Source of the DNA: Lama glama
Taxonomy: Eukaryota
Length of the DNA: 64,000 nt
Direction of reading: 5' to 3'
Assembly: GCA_028534125.1 (NCBI GenBank)
Contig: CM052817.1
Location: forward strand, 11,782,001 to 11,846,000
A model generated the notes under the pieces. It saw nothing but the letters and a program-made list of their open reading frames with translations, ran no database searches and was not told where the DNA came from. Each line of letters begins with the position of its first letter. Position 1 is the first letter of the stretch. This document shows, in pieces, positions 11,877 through 24,139 of the stretch. The position numbers and the translations under genes were made by a program.

Positions 11877-12680
11877 TGTTGGAGGTTTACTGCCTTAATA
11901 AACTCACTTAATGACATCCTTGTATCCATATCCTTTGCAATGTGGCTTTGTAGCTTTTGCCACAAAAACATAGAGTCTATTTACCCACCCTTGGATATAA
12001 ACTAATTTTGTGACTTACTTTGTCAACAGAATGGGAAACTGTATAATACAAATGGACAATGGCCCGACTATGCACAAGAAGTGATCTCTCACCTACAACC
12101 TGCAGCAACCAGTCCAGGAGGCCAACCTACTACCTATAGTAGCCAAGGAGTCAAACCACTGTCTGGAGCAGCCAGACTAGGAAGTCAAATAATAATCTCT
12201 GTAACAATTGGCTCCAAATGGCCAGGACTTGATTAATAACTGACAGCTCTCCCAATTTTTGACCTCACTTCCAAATTAGGGCCAACCAAAGAAAGCTGAA
12301 TAGGCACCTCTAGCCAATCGCAGAGGATGACCCCGTTCTAGTTAGCCTGGCTACAGGTCCTCAGGCCAACAGCCTCCAACCAGCAAATACCTGAAGCCTT
12401 CCCCTATTTTCCACTGTAATGATTTCTTACTCCTCTGCCTGCCTTTGAGTCTCTGCCAAATGCAAGTGACGGTGGCTCACTCCCTTGCTATACCAGTCTC
12501 TGAATAAATAGCCTTAGCTTGCTCTCATTTAGGTGGTCTCCATTTATTTCCACAAGAATATGGTAGCAGTAACAATGTGACCCTTCTGTGTCTATGTCTC
12601 AAGAGGTCTTTGAGGATTCTGCTCCCTCTTGCTTTTCTGCTATCACCGTGAGAACAAGCCTGGGCTGCTCTCCTGGGAGT
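11877..12680 (+). mobile_element. Old MLT1 LTR split by the MER34-like LTR
   Basis: 'atcctttgcaatgtggctttgtagc...agagtctatttacccacccttgga...ttgtgacttactttgtcaacagaa' resumes at 12555 with 'agaatatggtagcagtaacaatgtg...ctcaagagg'. Confidence 0.65.
12032..12554 (+). mobile_element. ERV1-class solo LTR (MER34-like)
   Basis: TG...CA termini; 4-bp TSD AGAA (12028-12031 / 12555-12558); 'ggacttgattaataactgacagc...gccaatc...ttctagttagcc'; AATAAA near the 3' end. Confidence 0.85.
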
Positions 12681-13774
12681 TCAAGGCCTCCTTCAGCTCA
12701 GGTGTTTTTGAAATAGAATATACTTTGCAGTAGGGGTGCCTGAGAGTAAGATGCCAAAATAAGGAAGCAGAGAAACTCAGTGATTTGGGGGTTATTTGGA
12801 TGGTTGGTGGGGGAGGGGGATGGAGGTGAAGGATTTAACTTTTCAGTCAAGTAATGAACAAACTGGCAGGAATAGTGCTGGCTTGGGTGGCTCTTTGATG
12901 AGTACAGGAAGCTAATGAGGAGGCAAGCTCATCTGGAGGCTGAGCTGCAATGCTGCTCCCAGTAACGGCGAAGTCAGTCTGCTTCTATGTCACTCTGACC
13001 TCTTGAGGGTGAAAATCTCTCAGAAAGTAGCGTAAACAAAACAGCCATATTTCCTGGGGCATTTTAAAATACAGCTTAAATAAGAAATACTGTTTTTTTA
13101 CAGAGCTGTGAGTGAAGGCTGTTTATTAATGCTTATCAAGTATTATGAAAAAGAAAAGCAGATACACATTTAGCCTGGGAAATGTGCTAGGAGTGAGGAG
13201 CTTAAGCAACCCCCTAGGATGGAGTTGCTGTTGTGGGGAAGTAGTGCAAATCAGCCCTCCTGAGCATGTGCAAAAGGTTTGCAACTAAAGGCACACTTTG
13301 CATTAACTAGACCACAGCTTAACCTTAACCGAGAACACAACCAAAGAAATATTAATGAAATGGAATTTGAACCATGTGGGCTAGATTTTCAGCTGCCCAT
13401 ATCTTTCCTTTTTTCCCTTTGTACAAAGAATACTACAATTTCTTTCATGACATTTCTTTTCCTTTGTGATTTGCATCAAACACAGGCATCTTGTACATGC
13501 ATTATGTTTGGGGTCCAGGAGCTTCTAATCTCCTAGAAACTGGACCCAAGGACAACACAGTAGCCCGCTGTGAGAGCAGGAGCTATTTCAGCCTGACACG
13601 TTCGCAGGGCTGTCTGCAGTTCGCTGTTACTCAAAAGGGTCTCAGTATGACCTCTGCCCGTGGTCTGTGGGTCCAACCCCCGCTTTGTTTCTGGTGAGTT
13701 CACAACAACTTGGAGATCTTTGGAGCCTCGTTGTTAGTTTCTTCTCTACAAACTGAGTATGCGAGAGACAATCG

Positions 13775-13782
13775 TGACGTCA
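13775..13782. promoter_or_regulatory. Full palindromic CRE (TGACGTCA) in a locally CpG-retaining segment
   Basis: Exact TGACGTCA; about ten CpGs in 13560-13790 in an otherwise CpG-depleted window. Confidence 0.4.
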
Positions 13783-15419
13783 TCTGAAAGGCTTTCTGCA
13801 AGCTTTTATTGTTTTATTGTTAAACAACCATGTCTAAGAGTCTATGGGCATATATACAAAATTACTAAATGTAGCGAAGAACATATCAGGAACTCCAGGT
13901 TCAATCCTACCTGGGTGACTCAGGGCGAGTCATTGGCTATGGTTTCTTCAGCTACAAAGAGACGTGGTCTCCAACCTTTCCACTTCTAACATTGGGTAAC
14001 TTCAACAAGTTTAGAATAATCAAATTCTAAATTCTAAATTCTGAATAAGTTCTACATCTCATTTATTGTGTACTTGTTACATCATCAAGTGATTTCAAGA
14101 CATCTGTTAGACAAGCACTAATTACCCCTCCTATGTACCAAGCATCCTTCCAGGTGCTGGCATGGAGCAGTAAGCAAGACAGAAATGGCTCCTGTAATCC
14201 TGGAACAAATGTCCTAGTGGCAAAACTGGTCTAGGGTCCCTCCAAGATAAAGTCAGATTTGGATCTCAGTCTGTGTGACTCCAACATACTTGTTTTTTTT
14301 CTCCCTAAGCTCTCTTGTCTCCTAACAATAGAAAGACTCAGACCTGGGACACAGTGGTATGTGGGGGTTAAGAGGGTTTTAAGCGTTTCAGAAGTTCACC
14401 AACAGGTATCCATTATGTTCGTTTAAAGAATAATTCTGGGAGTATGGCAAATTGTAGCATGATACTTAGCATTTCTCTTCATACCTGCCTCTTAAAGGTG
14501 CACAGTTAATATTGAGCCTTATTCTCCCAAATCTTAAGGTACTTCCTCTGTGCTTTTACCTCATAATGGGTTTGCTGTGAGCAAAGTGAGAACCTGAAGA
14601 ATTCTGCTGAAAGGATAGACTATACAAAAGTAAATATTTCTTCTACTTAGTGTCAGATCAGCCTGAGTTTCAGCAAAGACTTTAAACTCAGAATAAAAAA
14701 CAAAAATAACAAATAAATGGAACTCAGCACTATATTTACTAGCTATGTGATGTTGGCTCACTGAAATTCTCTGACCCCCATCAGAGGACTTTTAAATGTG
14801 TCTACTCAACTGAGACCTGATCTGTTAAGTGCTTAGCATAATGTCTGAACCCATTACAGATATTCAATAAATACTAGTTCCTTTCCTCCTCTAGAAATGA
14901 ATGCATGTCTACACATGTTAGTATCACCAGCTTGACAACAGCACCTGGAGGCTTAGCACTAGGAGGTCTGAGCTGAGTGAAGCCTGCAGCCTGACGGAGT
15001 AAGTGGTAAAGTTAGTAGTCTTTAACTTCAGGGTGATGATTTTATTCATATATTTATGCTATACTCATTTTACAGATGGGGAAAACTAAGAAACAGAGGA
15101 ACTCAATTTATCCAGCATCATCCTAGATTAAAAGATTAAACCCTAGAGTAATGGATTTGATGAAAGATTTTGTAGCCATCACTGCTGCTTTCTTCATTGT
15201 AGGCAGATATACTCAAAAGGGAAAATGTGTTTATCCTGAACTTTCCATCCCTTTCACTGGAGAAGATAGCCAGGAGGCTATCAGCAGTTCCTTAGAAACA
15301 AGTGCTAACAGAGCAGGACCAATTACCTCTTTCCTTGATCAAAGGTCAAAGGGCAGGTGTGATATCTATGATTCAGACTTTTGATTCCTCTCCACACTGT
15401 TGGCAAATGAGGTTTATTT

Positions 15420-15560
15420 ATTATTCTTTTGTTATGAACAGCTTTATGAGATGTAAATAATATACAAAAAATCTGTCCATGTTTAATGTCTGCAATTTGA
15501 TGAGTCTGAACGTGTGCAGGCCCTCTTAGAACTATCACCACAGTCAAGTCAATACAACAC
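15420..15560 (-). mobile_element. Old L1 (L1MB/ME-type) 3' end fragment
   Basis: 'aacagctttatgagatgtaaat...catgtttaatgtctgcaatttgatgagtctgaacg...ctatcaccacagtcaag'. Confidence 0.7.
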
Positions 15561-16594
15561 ACAGCCAGGATGGTTTAGACTGTGGAAGAACAACATTTGC
15601 TGAAATTGACACCAGCCCTCAGCAGATGTCATCCCTGTTTATCAATTCCTCCACTCATTCAAACACGTAAACAGACTTTGATCACTAGCTTTCAGCCAGG
15701 CACTGTGATACACACAGAAATGAACTGGACACGTGCCTCGTTCTCATGGAGCTGAGAGTTTAGCAGAGAAGTGAAGCCGTTTGCTTACATAGCCCTCAGA
15801 TAAAGTATGATGTGGCCAGTAGTGAGGCATAAACACACTTTCCCAGAGTTGCCTAAGGAGGAAGGCCATTGTGAGCTGTGGGAATCATGGACTAAAAGGC
15901 CGAGGCAGGCTTGAGAATGTCAAAACTTCTCAGCTTGGCTGGGGTTTAAGGTGCTTTAATAATATTGCCAACTACCAATTCCTGGACATTCAGTATGTCT
16001 CAGACAACAGGCTATACCTGTCTGGCAACTGAATAGAATAGAGTATGTAATAATCTCATCTCAACTCTATTATGTCCTAAATTCGGGATCTAGCACATCA
16101 TGTAGTTTCTCTGGACCTCAAAACAAAGAGTTGGGACTAGACACAGTCCTTGTATTTCCTTGTAGCTCAAATATTTTTATGCTTTAGGCATACTGGTTAG
16201 CCCCTTGGAGTTTGGGGTCACTAGAGAAGTTTCTGGTAGCCTGGAGAGAATGCTGCATTCAGTTGTAAGCTCTAAATTTTATTTCCTTTCCAGCTTCTTA
16301 GTAACTATGTGACCCTTTGGAAATTTACATAACCTCCCAGAGCCGTGGCTTCCTCTTCTGTAAAATGGATCTTAAATATCACGCATAAAAGTGCTTCACT
16401 AGGCATAAAGAACTAAATAAATATAAACTACTTATTGCCATCTAGGCCGAATTGCAATCTAGTTCAATCACTACAACCTAGCAATCTTCCTGATGCCCTT
16501 GAAATCCGAATCAATAATAAACCAGCCACTGACAGAGTGTAAGCTGGACACACCTGCCTGGTGTTCCAAGGAATCTAAATGCTGAATAAGCCAC

Positions 16595-16950
16595 TGTCAT
16601 GGACTGAATGTTCATGTCTCCCAAAACTCCTATGTTGAAGTCCTAACCCCCAGAGCCATGGTATTAAGAGGTGAGGTCTTTGAGAGGTAATTAGGGTTAG
16701 CTGAGGTCCAGTGGGTAGGGCCTTAAGATGGGATTAGTGCCCTTCTAGAAGGGAAAGACACCAGAGTTTCCTCTCTCCTCCACATGAGGACACAGTGAGA
16801 AGGTGGAATCTGCAAGCCCAGAAAAGGGCTTCTGCCAAGAACCAAATCACCGGCCCTCTAGCCCTGGAATTCCCAGCCTCCAGGACGGAGAGCAATAATG
16901 TGTGTTATTAAGTCACCCATTTTTGCTGCAGTAGCCTGAGCAGACTGCCA
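16595..16950 (+). mobile_element. MaLR solo LTR (MLT1A/B-like)
   Basis: TG...CA termini; perfect 5-bp TSD GCCAC (16590-16594 / 16951-16955); 'tatgttgaagtcctaacccc...ggtattaagaggtgaggtctttgagaggtaattaggg'. Confidence 0.9.
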
Positions 16951-18099
16951 GCCACTGTGGCGGCCAGTACAGACACCCCTTCTCAAACACAGACTGTCAA
17001 CTATAGAAATGTTTTGTTTACCGGGAGTTTCAACTCAACTCTTTTATTTAAGTTTCTACCCTCTTCTTTACTCACCTTTTATTTGGTAAGATACAAGCCT
17101 CCTTATCATTTTTGTCCTCTTAATAAGGTCAAGATCCCCTTGACCTTAGAATATGTTTACCAATTTTCACTCTACCAAGCACCTTCCCTTAAATTACTAC
17201 CTGTACTTATCAGAACAGTTTTGTAAAACCAGAAAGGTGTCAGCCCATTTTACTGATGAGAAAACAGAGGCTTTGAAAGAATAGGAAATTTGTCCCGTAA
17301 TATCTAGCTGGTAAGAGGTGACCTAGGTATCATGAACCTCCTTTTAATGATGGGTTAATTAATTTCTGATAAATTCTGCGTTGTGTCCATGAAGTCAGGC
17401 ATGAAGCCAGACCTTATGACTGCAAATCGAGTGCATTTGTGCCCTTTCTGCCCTGTGCCCCTCTTTTTCCCTGAGGCAGAGAAAGGGTGTCCCTTCCAGT
17501 TTTTCCCTGTCATTGTCTGAGTCTGATTGCATCCCTGGCGTTGCCATGGCAGCTGTGGCTGCAAGCCTGCTGTCCTCACCCTCAGACACCTGTTAACCTT
17601 CTGACCTTCCCCACAGATTTGCTCCATGGATCGCCTTCTGTCCAGACAGTCCATTTATAGAAGGAGGACATCTCCTTATTGTTTGCGTCATGAACTGCTG
17701 GCTATGTCCCATCTTCCCTCACTTCTCATCTGTCATGCGGGCTTGTGTCAGAAGTAGGGTCAATTAACTTCCTACAGAGATGTTAACTTAGCAGACACAA
17801 CTTGATTGATTTGTTTTAATGTGACCCATTTTTGCAATGAACATCCCAGGTAGGAGGGATAGCCAAGCCCGGGAACTGGGGTGAACGTCAAGATTGATTG
17901 CTCTTTTATTTTAGAAGAAACACAAAGTAAGTAGTAGATAAGGGCAGACAGCAGATTTGTCTGATAGATTGGTGTCATCAAAAGCTTGAATGGATTGCTT
18001 CCTTTTTATAGTATTCCTGCTTTACAACATCAACCTCCACTTCTCCATGTCATCGTCTTTCTCTTTAATATCACCTGCTATATCTCAGGTACTGTTTTC

Positions 18100-19262
18100 A
18101 CTATTCACCTAAGAGCTCAATCCAGAAACCAGTAATTATTCTTACTCTCACCTAGTCTAAATGGTCACAGCATCATGCTGGTTCTGCCTCTGAAATATTC
18201 TCAACCCCATCCCTTCTGCTACCTCCTAACCCACTGGCACCTGCGTACCCCTCCCAGTCTTATGTCTCTTCATTTCCATCCTTGAACTGATGCCAAACTC
18301 CTGCTTTCCCAGAATTTACTATAATGTTTCACATAGTTTTATCTTTTACGTGCTCCCTTTGTCTGAAAGAATCTTTCCTTTTTCTATTGTTTCATGGACA
18401 ACTCTTATTCATCTTTAAGAACCAGTTCAAATATTACAGCTTTAGATCAGTCTTCCTTTAGCCTTAGGTTGAATTGAATGGCACCACTGTACCTTATACT
18501 GGCCCTCTGTTATAGCAACTGTTCCACTGACAGACAATTATTTATTCACATGTTTGTTTCTCCTTCTAGGTTTGAACTCTTCAGGAAGAGAAACCACGTC
18601 CTACAGATCATTGTATCCCTATCACATTGCAAGGTGGTGGTGCATGGTAAGTTCTTACTGAACGTTTTGGAATTATATGCAAGATCCCCCAGATCCCACC
18701 GCCAGCAGAGACATAATAAGAGTTCTTTAGATGCAGAGCAGTTACTCCCTCGTGCCATGAAATTTTATACCTCTGATCTTTTGCACGGACTTCCTCTGCT
18801 TAAGTGACCTTATGACATTGTCACCTAAAACACCTGATGTACTCCTTAACTCAGCTCAAACATCACTGCCTTCTTAAAGCTTTTCCTTACTTCCCACGGT
18901 GCAGTTACTCTGTCCTCAGAATTCTCACAGTTTGAACTGTATTTCTGTCATTCTTTCTTTCATTGTAGTCAGTTGAATATTTTTCTAAATAAGCCTTTGA
19001 AAAAAATATTAGTAATCATGCAAATATTCATTCCCTCCACCCCATAAAATTAGCTGTGGCTTCTTTTGAATTTACAAAACATTTGCTTCTAATTCTGGCG
19101 CAGCATTTGTCTTAGCATTGTAATAGCCATTTATTTACATATCTGTAAGATTTTACGCTCCTTGAGGGAGGAATTGTGCTTTATTCATCTTGCTTTCCCT
19201 ATAGCCCTGCAGAGAACCTGGCGCCTGGTGGGGGCTAAATACTTATTTGCCAAACTGAATTG
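18100..19262 (+). mobile_element. Cluster of L2 fragments
   Basis: 'aactcttattcatctttaagaaccagttcaaatatt', 'tccttgagggaggaattgtgctttattcatc...cctggcgcctggtggggctaaatacttatttgcc'. Confidence 0.6.
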
Positions 19263-19771
19263 GAAAGAACCAAAATACACATTTTTGAGGATTTTATTTT
19301 ATTTTATTCCTTGATTTTTCCAAAATAGCCACTGGGAGAAAGTAAAACAAAACAAAATACTATTGGTTGTGATTACATGACAACCAAAACATTTTTGAAA
19401 GAAAAACAAAAAGCCTGTATTAGTGATGTTTGTCACCAGAATGTCCCCAAAGCTTTAGTAAATACATCTCCTTGTAATATGGCTCCTAGGCTGGTTCCAT
19501 TTGCCCGGTGGTGGGACTTCACAGATAGACATTGCTTATACTTTCCTTGGAAAGTGACTTGATGGCTAGGAACCCTTGATATTTATTCAAATATTCATGC
19601 TGATTCCCAAGCCTGCAGAATTCCCCGCAGGTGATTTTAGTGATTTGTTAAATCAGAACTACGCTGTATCCTTTTTCACTTCAGGATAATCCAAAACACT
19701 TCACTAGCCTGTCAAGAACCGCATAAGTTAAGGACATAAAGCTTAATTGGAGCAGACTGTTATCACAAAGA

Positions 19772-20000
19772 GACAGTTTAGCATCGCAGTTAAGAGCATG
19801 GGCCCTGGAAGTAGACTCTGTATTCAAATCTCAGCGTTGCTGCTTTTTAACAGAGCAGGCTTTGCAAGTCACTTAACCACTTTTTCTCATCTGCAAAACT
19901 GGGCTGAATTTAGTGGTTTGGCATGAAGCTTAAATGAGTTAACCTTTGAAAAGTTCTTTGAACAGTGCGTTGCACACACTGAGTGCGATGTAAGGATCTA
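19772..20000 (+). mobile_element. MIR SINE
   Basis: 'agttaagagcatgggccctggaagtagac...ttcaaatctcagc...gcaagtcacttaacc...ctcatctgcaaaa...ttaaatgagttaa'. Confidence 0.8.
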
Positions 20001-20732
20001 TTAGATTATTTCCTGCCTCTGAGGGGTTTTTGGCCTAGTTTTTCTGCCCACAATGTGCTTTTTCATCCTCATTCTTTAACTAAGAGCTTATTTCTAATTC
20101 ATTTATATTTTAACCTTGAAGACGTCGATGACCAAGCCTGCCCACAGTCACGTGTCCGCACTTGAACTGTACTCTAAGTCCGTGGTAAACTCCTTGAGGC
20201 TCTTCATCCCGTAACTATCTGCTGAGTGCCACATGAGTCAAGGCGTACCATTGGGTGCTTAGTGATGTGTCAAGTAAAAGACATGGAGCGCTAACTTAAA
20301 ATCTTGTGTGCAAAGATGTACTGTAGGCAATTAGTTCAAACACAAGACAGAACTTAAAAAATGCCACAAGAAAGGTTCAAATCAAATGCTATGGGTGCAG
20401 GTGTACACTTACTTCTCCCCTACCCACAAAGTGGTAGGCAGTGGGAACTCAGAAATACTGTGGGTAAACCCAGTGAGTTTACTGTGGATTGAAAAGGGAG
20501 TTTTATTCAATAGTTTCCTGTGAACTTTGTCCAAAGCAGTCAAGAGCTAAAATGACCGTGAATATCAAAGGTTTACAAAGGCCCCAGTGACCCAGTGCAG
20601 AAAATAGAGCCATCGTCTGAAGGAGGGGAAGGGACTGCGTTGAGGTTGAGAGTGTGTGTTGTGTGCTTTGATGGTCTGAGTTGCCCTCCACAGAGTGGGT
20701 GCTGTTCCATTTAGTTTTACGTTTACAGTTTA

Positions 20733-21061
20733 CAGTCAGCTCTGTATCCATGAATTCAACCAACTACAGATTGAAAATACTTTTTAAAAATCCAGAAAAT
20801 TCCAAAGAGCAGAACTTGAATTTGCTGTGCTCTGGCAACTATTTACATATCATTTATATTGTATTTACAACTATTTGCATGTCATTTACATTGTATTAGA
20901 TATTATAAGTAATCTAGAGATGATTTAAAGTATACAGGATGATATGTGTAGGTTATATGCAAATATTATGCCACTTTTTAAATAAGGGACTTGAGCATCC
21001 ACAGATTTTGGTCTGTTAGGGGGTCCTAGAACCAATCTCCCATGGATACCAAGGGACAGCT
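20733..21061 (+). mobile_element. MER2-like TcMar-Tigger MITE
   Basis: 'tacagtcagctctgtatccatgaattcaaccaac...tattataagtaatctagagatgatttaaagtatacagga...agggacttgagcatccacagattttggt...ggataccaagggacagct'. Confidence 0.85.
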
Positions 21062-21063
21062 TC

Positions 21064-21383
21064 AACCTACACTGTCCATTAAAGTAGCCACTAATAACAG
21101 TGGCTAGTGAGCACTTGAAATGTGGCCATTTTGAGTTTAAATGTCTGTTAAGTATAAAGGACACCCTGGATTTCAAAGACTTAGCCTGAAAAAAGAAGGC
21201 GGAATATCTTACTAACATTTTTATATTGATTGCATGTTAAAAAGATAACATGGCAGATACAATGGATTAATAGAACATTATTAGAATACATTTTGATTTT
21301 TTAAAATCTTTTTCAGTTGGCTACTAGGGAATTTAAAATTGCTTGTGTGGCTCACATTATATTTCTGCTGGACAGTGCTCCCT
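21064..21383 (+). mobile_element. MER33-like hAT-Charlie MITE
   Basis: Terminal inverted repeat core CACTGTCCA (21070-21078) / TGGACAGTG (21369-21377); 'gtggctagtgagcacttgaaatgtggcc'. Confidence 0.85.
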
Positions 21384-21544
21384 TAGAATATGATTTCCAA
21401 AGGCCACACACATTTACTGAACACATGTAATGTGCTGGGCTCTACGCAAGTTGCTGATGATCAAAAGATAAATGAGATGAAGCTCACAGTCTAGAGAGAG
21501 AATAAGCACCTATCTGATACAGAGTAATGAGTGTTGTACTTGGG

Positions 21545-21750
21545 CAGCTGTATTATGTGGAAAAAAGATAATAGATTTGGGTCATATTGGGTTGGATTTG
21601 AATTATACTTCTTCCATCAGCTGGTTGAGTAAATTCATTTGCATCTCTGATTCTCAGTCTCCTTATCTGTATAATGATAATCCTTATATTTACCTTATTT
21701 TTTTGTGTAGTATTTGCATAGCTCATAGTAGGTTTTTAATACAATGAGAG
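21545..21750 (+). mobile_element. MIR SINE
   Basis: 'ggatttgaattatacttc...tctctgattctcagtctccttatctgtataatg'. Confidence 0.6.
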
Positions 21751-21927
21751 TTAATGTCATTCCATTTTATGATCAAAGTTCTAAGATGCTATGGGAGAAA
21801 ATGAAGTGTCTATTATGTCCAGTGGTGATAAAGTGGGTGAGGTGAAGTTTGTAGAAAAATGTCATTTGATGTGGGTCATTAAGATCACTAAGAATATGCC
21901 CGTAGAAGAAAGGTGCCAAGAGTCAGT

Positions 21928-22190
21928 GATAATAATAAAACCTAATACTTAACATGCTGCTTATTGTGTACCAACTGCTGTTCTAAGCATTGCACTTCTG
22001 ATACCCCATTTAGGCCTTTCAGAAATGCCATGTGTAGGCACTTGAATTATATTCACATTTTACAGATGCAAAGAATGGGCACAAAGAAGTTAAGTAACTT
22101 CTCCAATGTCACACATCTAAGAAGAGGCACTGAAGAGATTGGGCCCAGGTCCTTAGGCTCCAGAGTCCATGCTTGTGAGCACTCTGCTCT
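21928..22190 (-). mobile_element. MIR SINE
   Basis: 'cattttacagatgcaaagaatgggcacaaagaagttaagtaacttctccaatgtcacacatctaag...ggctccagagtccatgct'. Confidence 0.8.
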
Positions 22191-22199
22191 GCTTCCAAA

Positions 22200-22645
22200 A
22201 GAGAAACTGCCAAGAGCAGGGCCATGGGGGAGCCTGATGGACCTTCTACCATGGCTGGAATGTAGCATGTGGGAGGGTGGAGGTGGGAAGTGTGAGGGTG
22301 GCAATTGCCTAGTGGTGAGATTGAAGAGATCAGTGAGGGTTTAGTAGTGATGGACTTTGATTGCCTTGCTAAGGAACCTGGATTTTATTCTATAAACAGT
22401 GGGGAGCCATGGGGGCTTCTAAGTTGGAAGTGATGTATATGATCAGAATTTTATTTTGGGAAGAGAATTCTAGTGGCATGGTAGGGTGTGCACAGGAGCA
22501 GATAGAGGCCAGAAGCAAGGAAGCTACTTTGGAGTGTATAAGAGTACTGTACCAGTCCAAGCAAGGCATGTTGATGACTGGAGCTAGGGTAGTGGCAGCA
22601 GGGATACACCCAAGAGGTAGAGCCCATGGACTTGCTAGTGGGAAT
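22200..22645 (-). mobile_element. L2 LINE fragment
   Basis: 'tgctaaggaacctggattttattctataaacagtggggagccatgg...gtgatgtatatgatcagaattt'. Confidence 0.7.
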
Positions 22646-24139
22646 CACATTGTGTAGGTCATTATAATATTTTATTAGTTCCTTCATCCCAGTTGTCCAT
22701 TCTTGTTTTTAGCTGACATATGATTCTTGGTTTAAGATTGAATTTTTTCTTTTTTTTACTTTCTATCTCTGAAATGGTCTTCACACTGTTATTTATATTG
22801 TAGAGATTATAACACGTGATAATTATTATGCTTTAGGTTACAGGTCCATGTGAAATGCAGTATGATTATTGTTCATCTGTATTTTTCCCTTAATGCTTAA
22901 TGGTATATTTTTACTGGGCACCAATAATCATCTAATTGCCATGCAGTTATTGAAATCAGATACAATGCTTTGTTAAAGATTACCCTAATTATGAGGCAAG
23001 TTTACTAGATACATTCTCTCTTTGCCTAGTTTTAGGCCTGTAAAATTTTTGAAAAGTAAAAGGTTGAATAGGCATTGAAATCTCAATACTCTCTCATTCA
23101 GTGCCCCTCTCATTTGACTGTTAGGGTAACCTTTGTACACAAATGGGCTGACTCTGATCACATTCACTGCTTGTATGAGACCTGGCAGCACGAGAACCTG
23201 TAATGATGCACTGAGGCATTCTGGGAAAACTATTGTTGCCTAAAATGAGGACTGTCTGATAGGACATATGACATTTGTGCTTTTGCTTCTAGCTAGATTT
23301 TCAACCATTAAATTATTTTCTCTCCTTCATTCGTTATTTCTATGTTCTTGTTCAAATGTCCACCCCATGGATTTCTTACTGTTTTTTAAAAATAATTCTA
23401 CTTAGATTTTTGCTAATGTTTCTGAAATGGTAACAGCAGTTTAACCTACCATTTATTGAGCAAAAATTTGAATGTAATTTCATCAGTGGAAAATGTAACA
23501 ATCCAGAAGAATTAATATGAAAATAGTCAAAGAATGATAATACAGTTCCTGTGGATGGGCTAAGGTGTATTCCAAATCAGTGTTGTACCCTTTACCCATT
23601 CCCGTTCACTCATGAGGTCCTGATCATATGGAAGGCATGCATTTTAAACTCACAGATCACTCACAGCTGAAAGGAAAAGGAAATATGTGGACTATCAGAC
23701 TAAGAATCCCAAAAGATTTGATTAGCTGAGGCAATGGGTTCAAACCAAGATGTCATTTTAAAATGCCTTTACTTAGTTCCAAAAAACCAACCACACAAGT
23801 ACACATTTGGAAAGAAGAGGCTTAGAGGCCATATGCAACAGAAATACACAAATCCAAACCATACACTTACAGTAGAGATGGCAAGTTCAGACTAGTACTT
23901 TTAAAAATTGGTTGGTAAGGAAGGAGAAAAAATGGGGTGACAGCTCAAGAGAAGACTATTCTCTTATCTTCCACACCTTCCCTAAAAGAGTAGAGTTGTA
24001 GCTTTAGGCTGAGGGCAGAGAGCAGTTGGTTAGTGTAAGATCTAAGATGCTGGAAAAAGAAGAAAACCTGATTACCCTCTTCCATAGGGTGGGAGTGAGG
24101 TCAACTGGGGATGAAAGAGAGTGAGATTAAGACTATATT

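Noticed and set aside
17355..17654. Overlapping 99-aa and 64-aa minus-strand ORFs in unique DNA
   Set aside because: No recognisable domain and no convincing splice boundaries; lengths expected by chance
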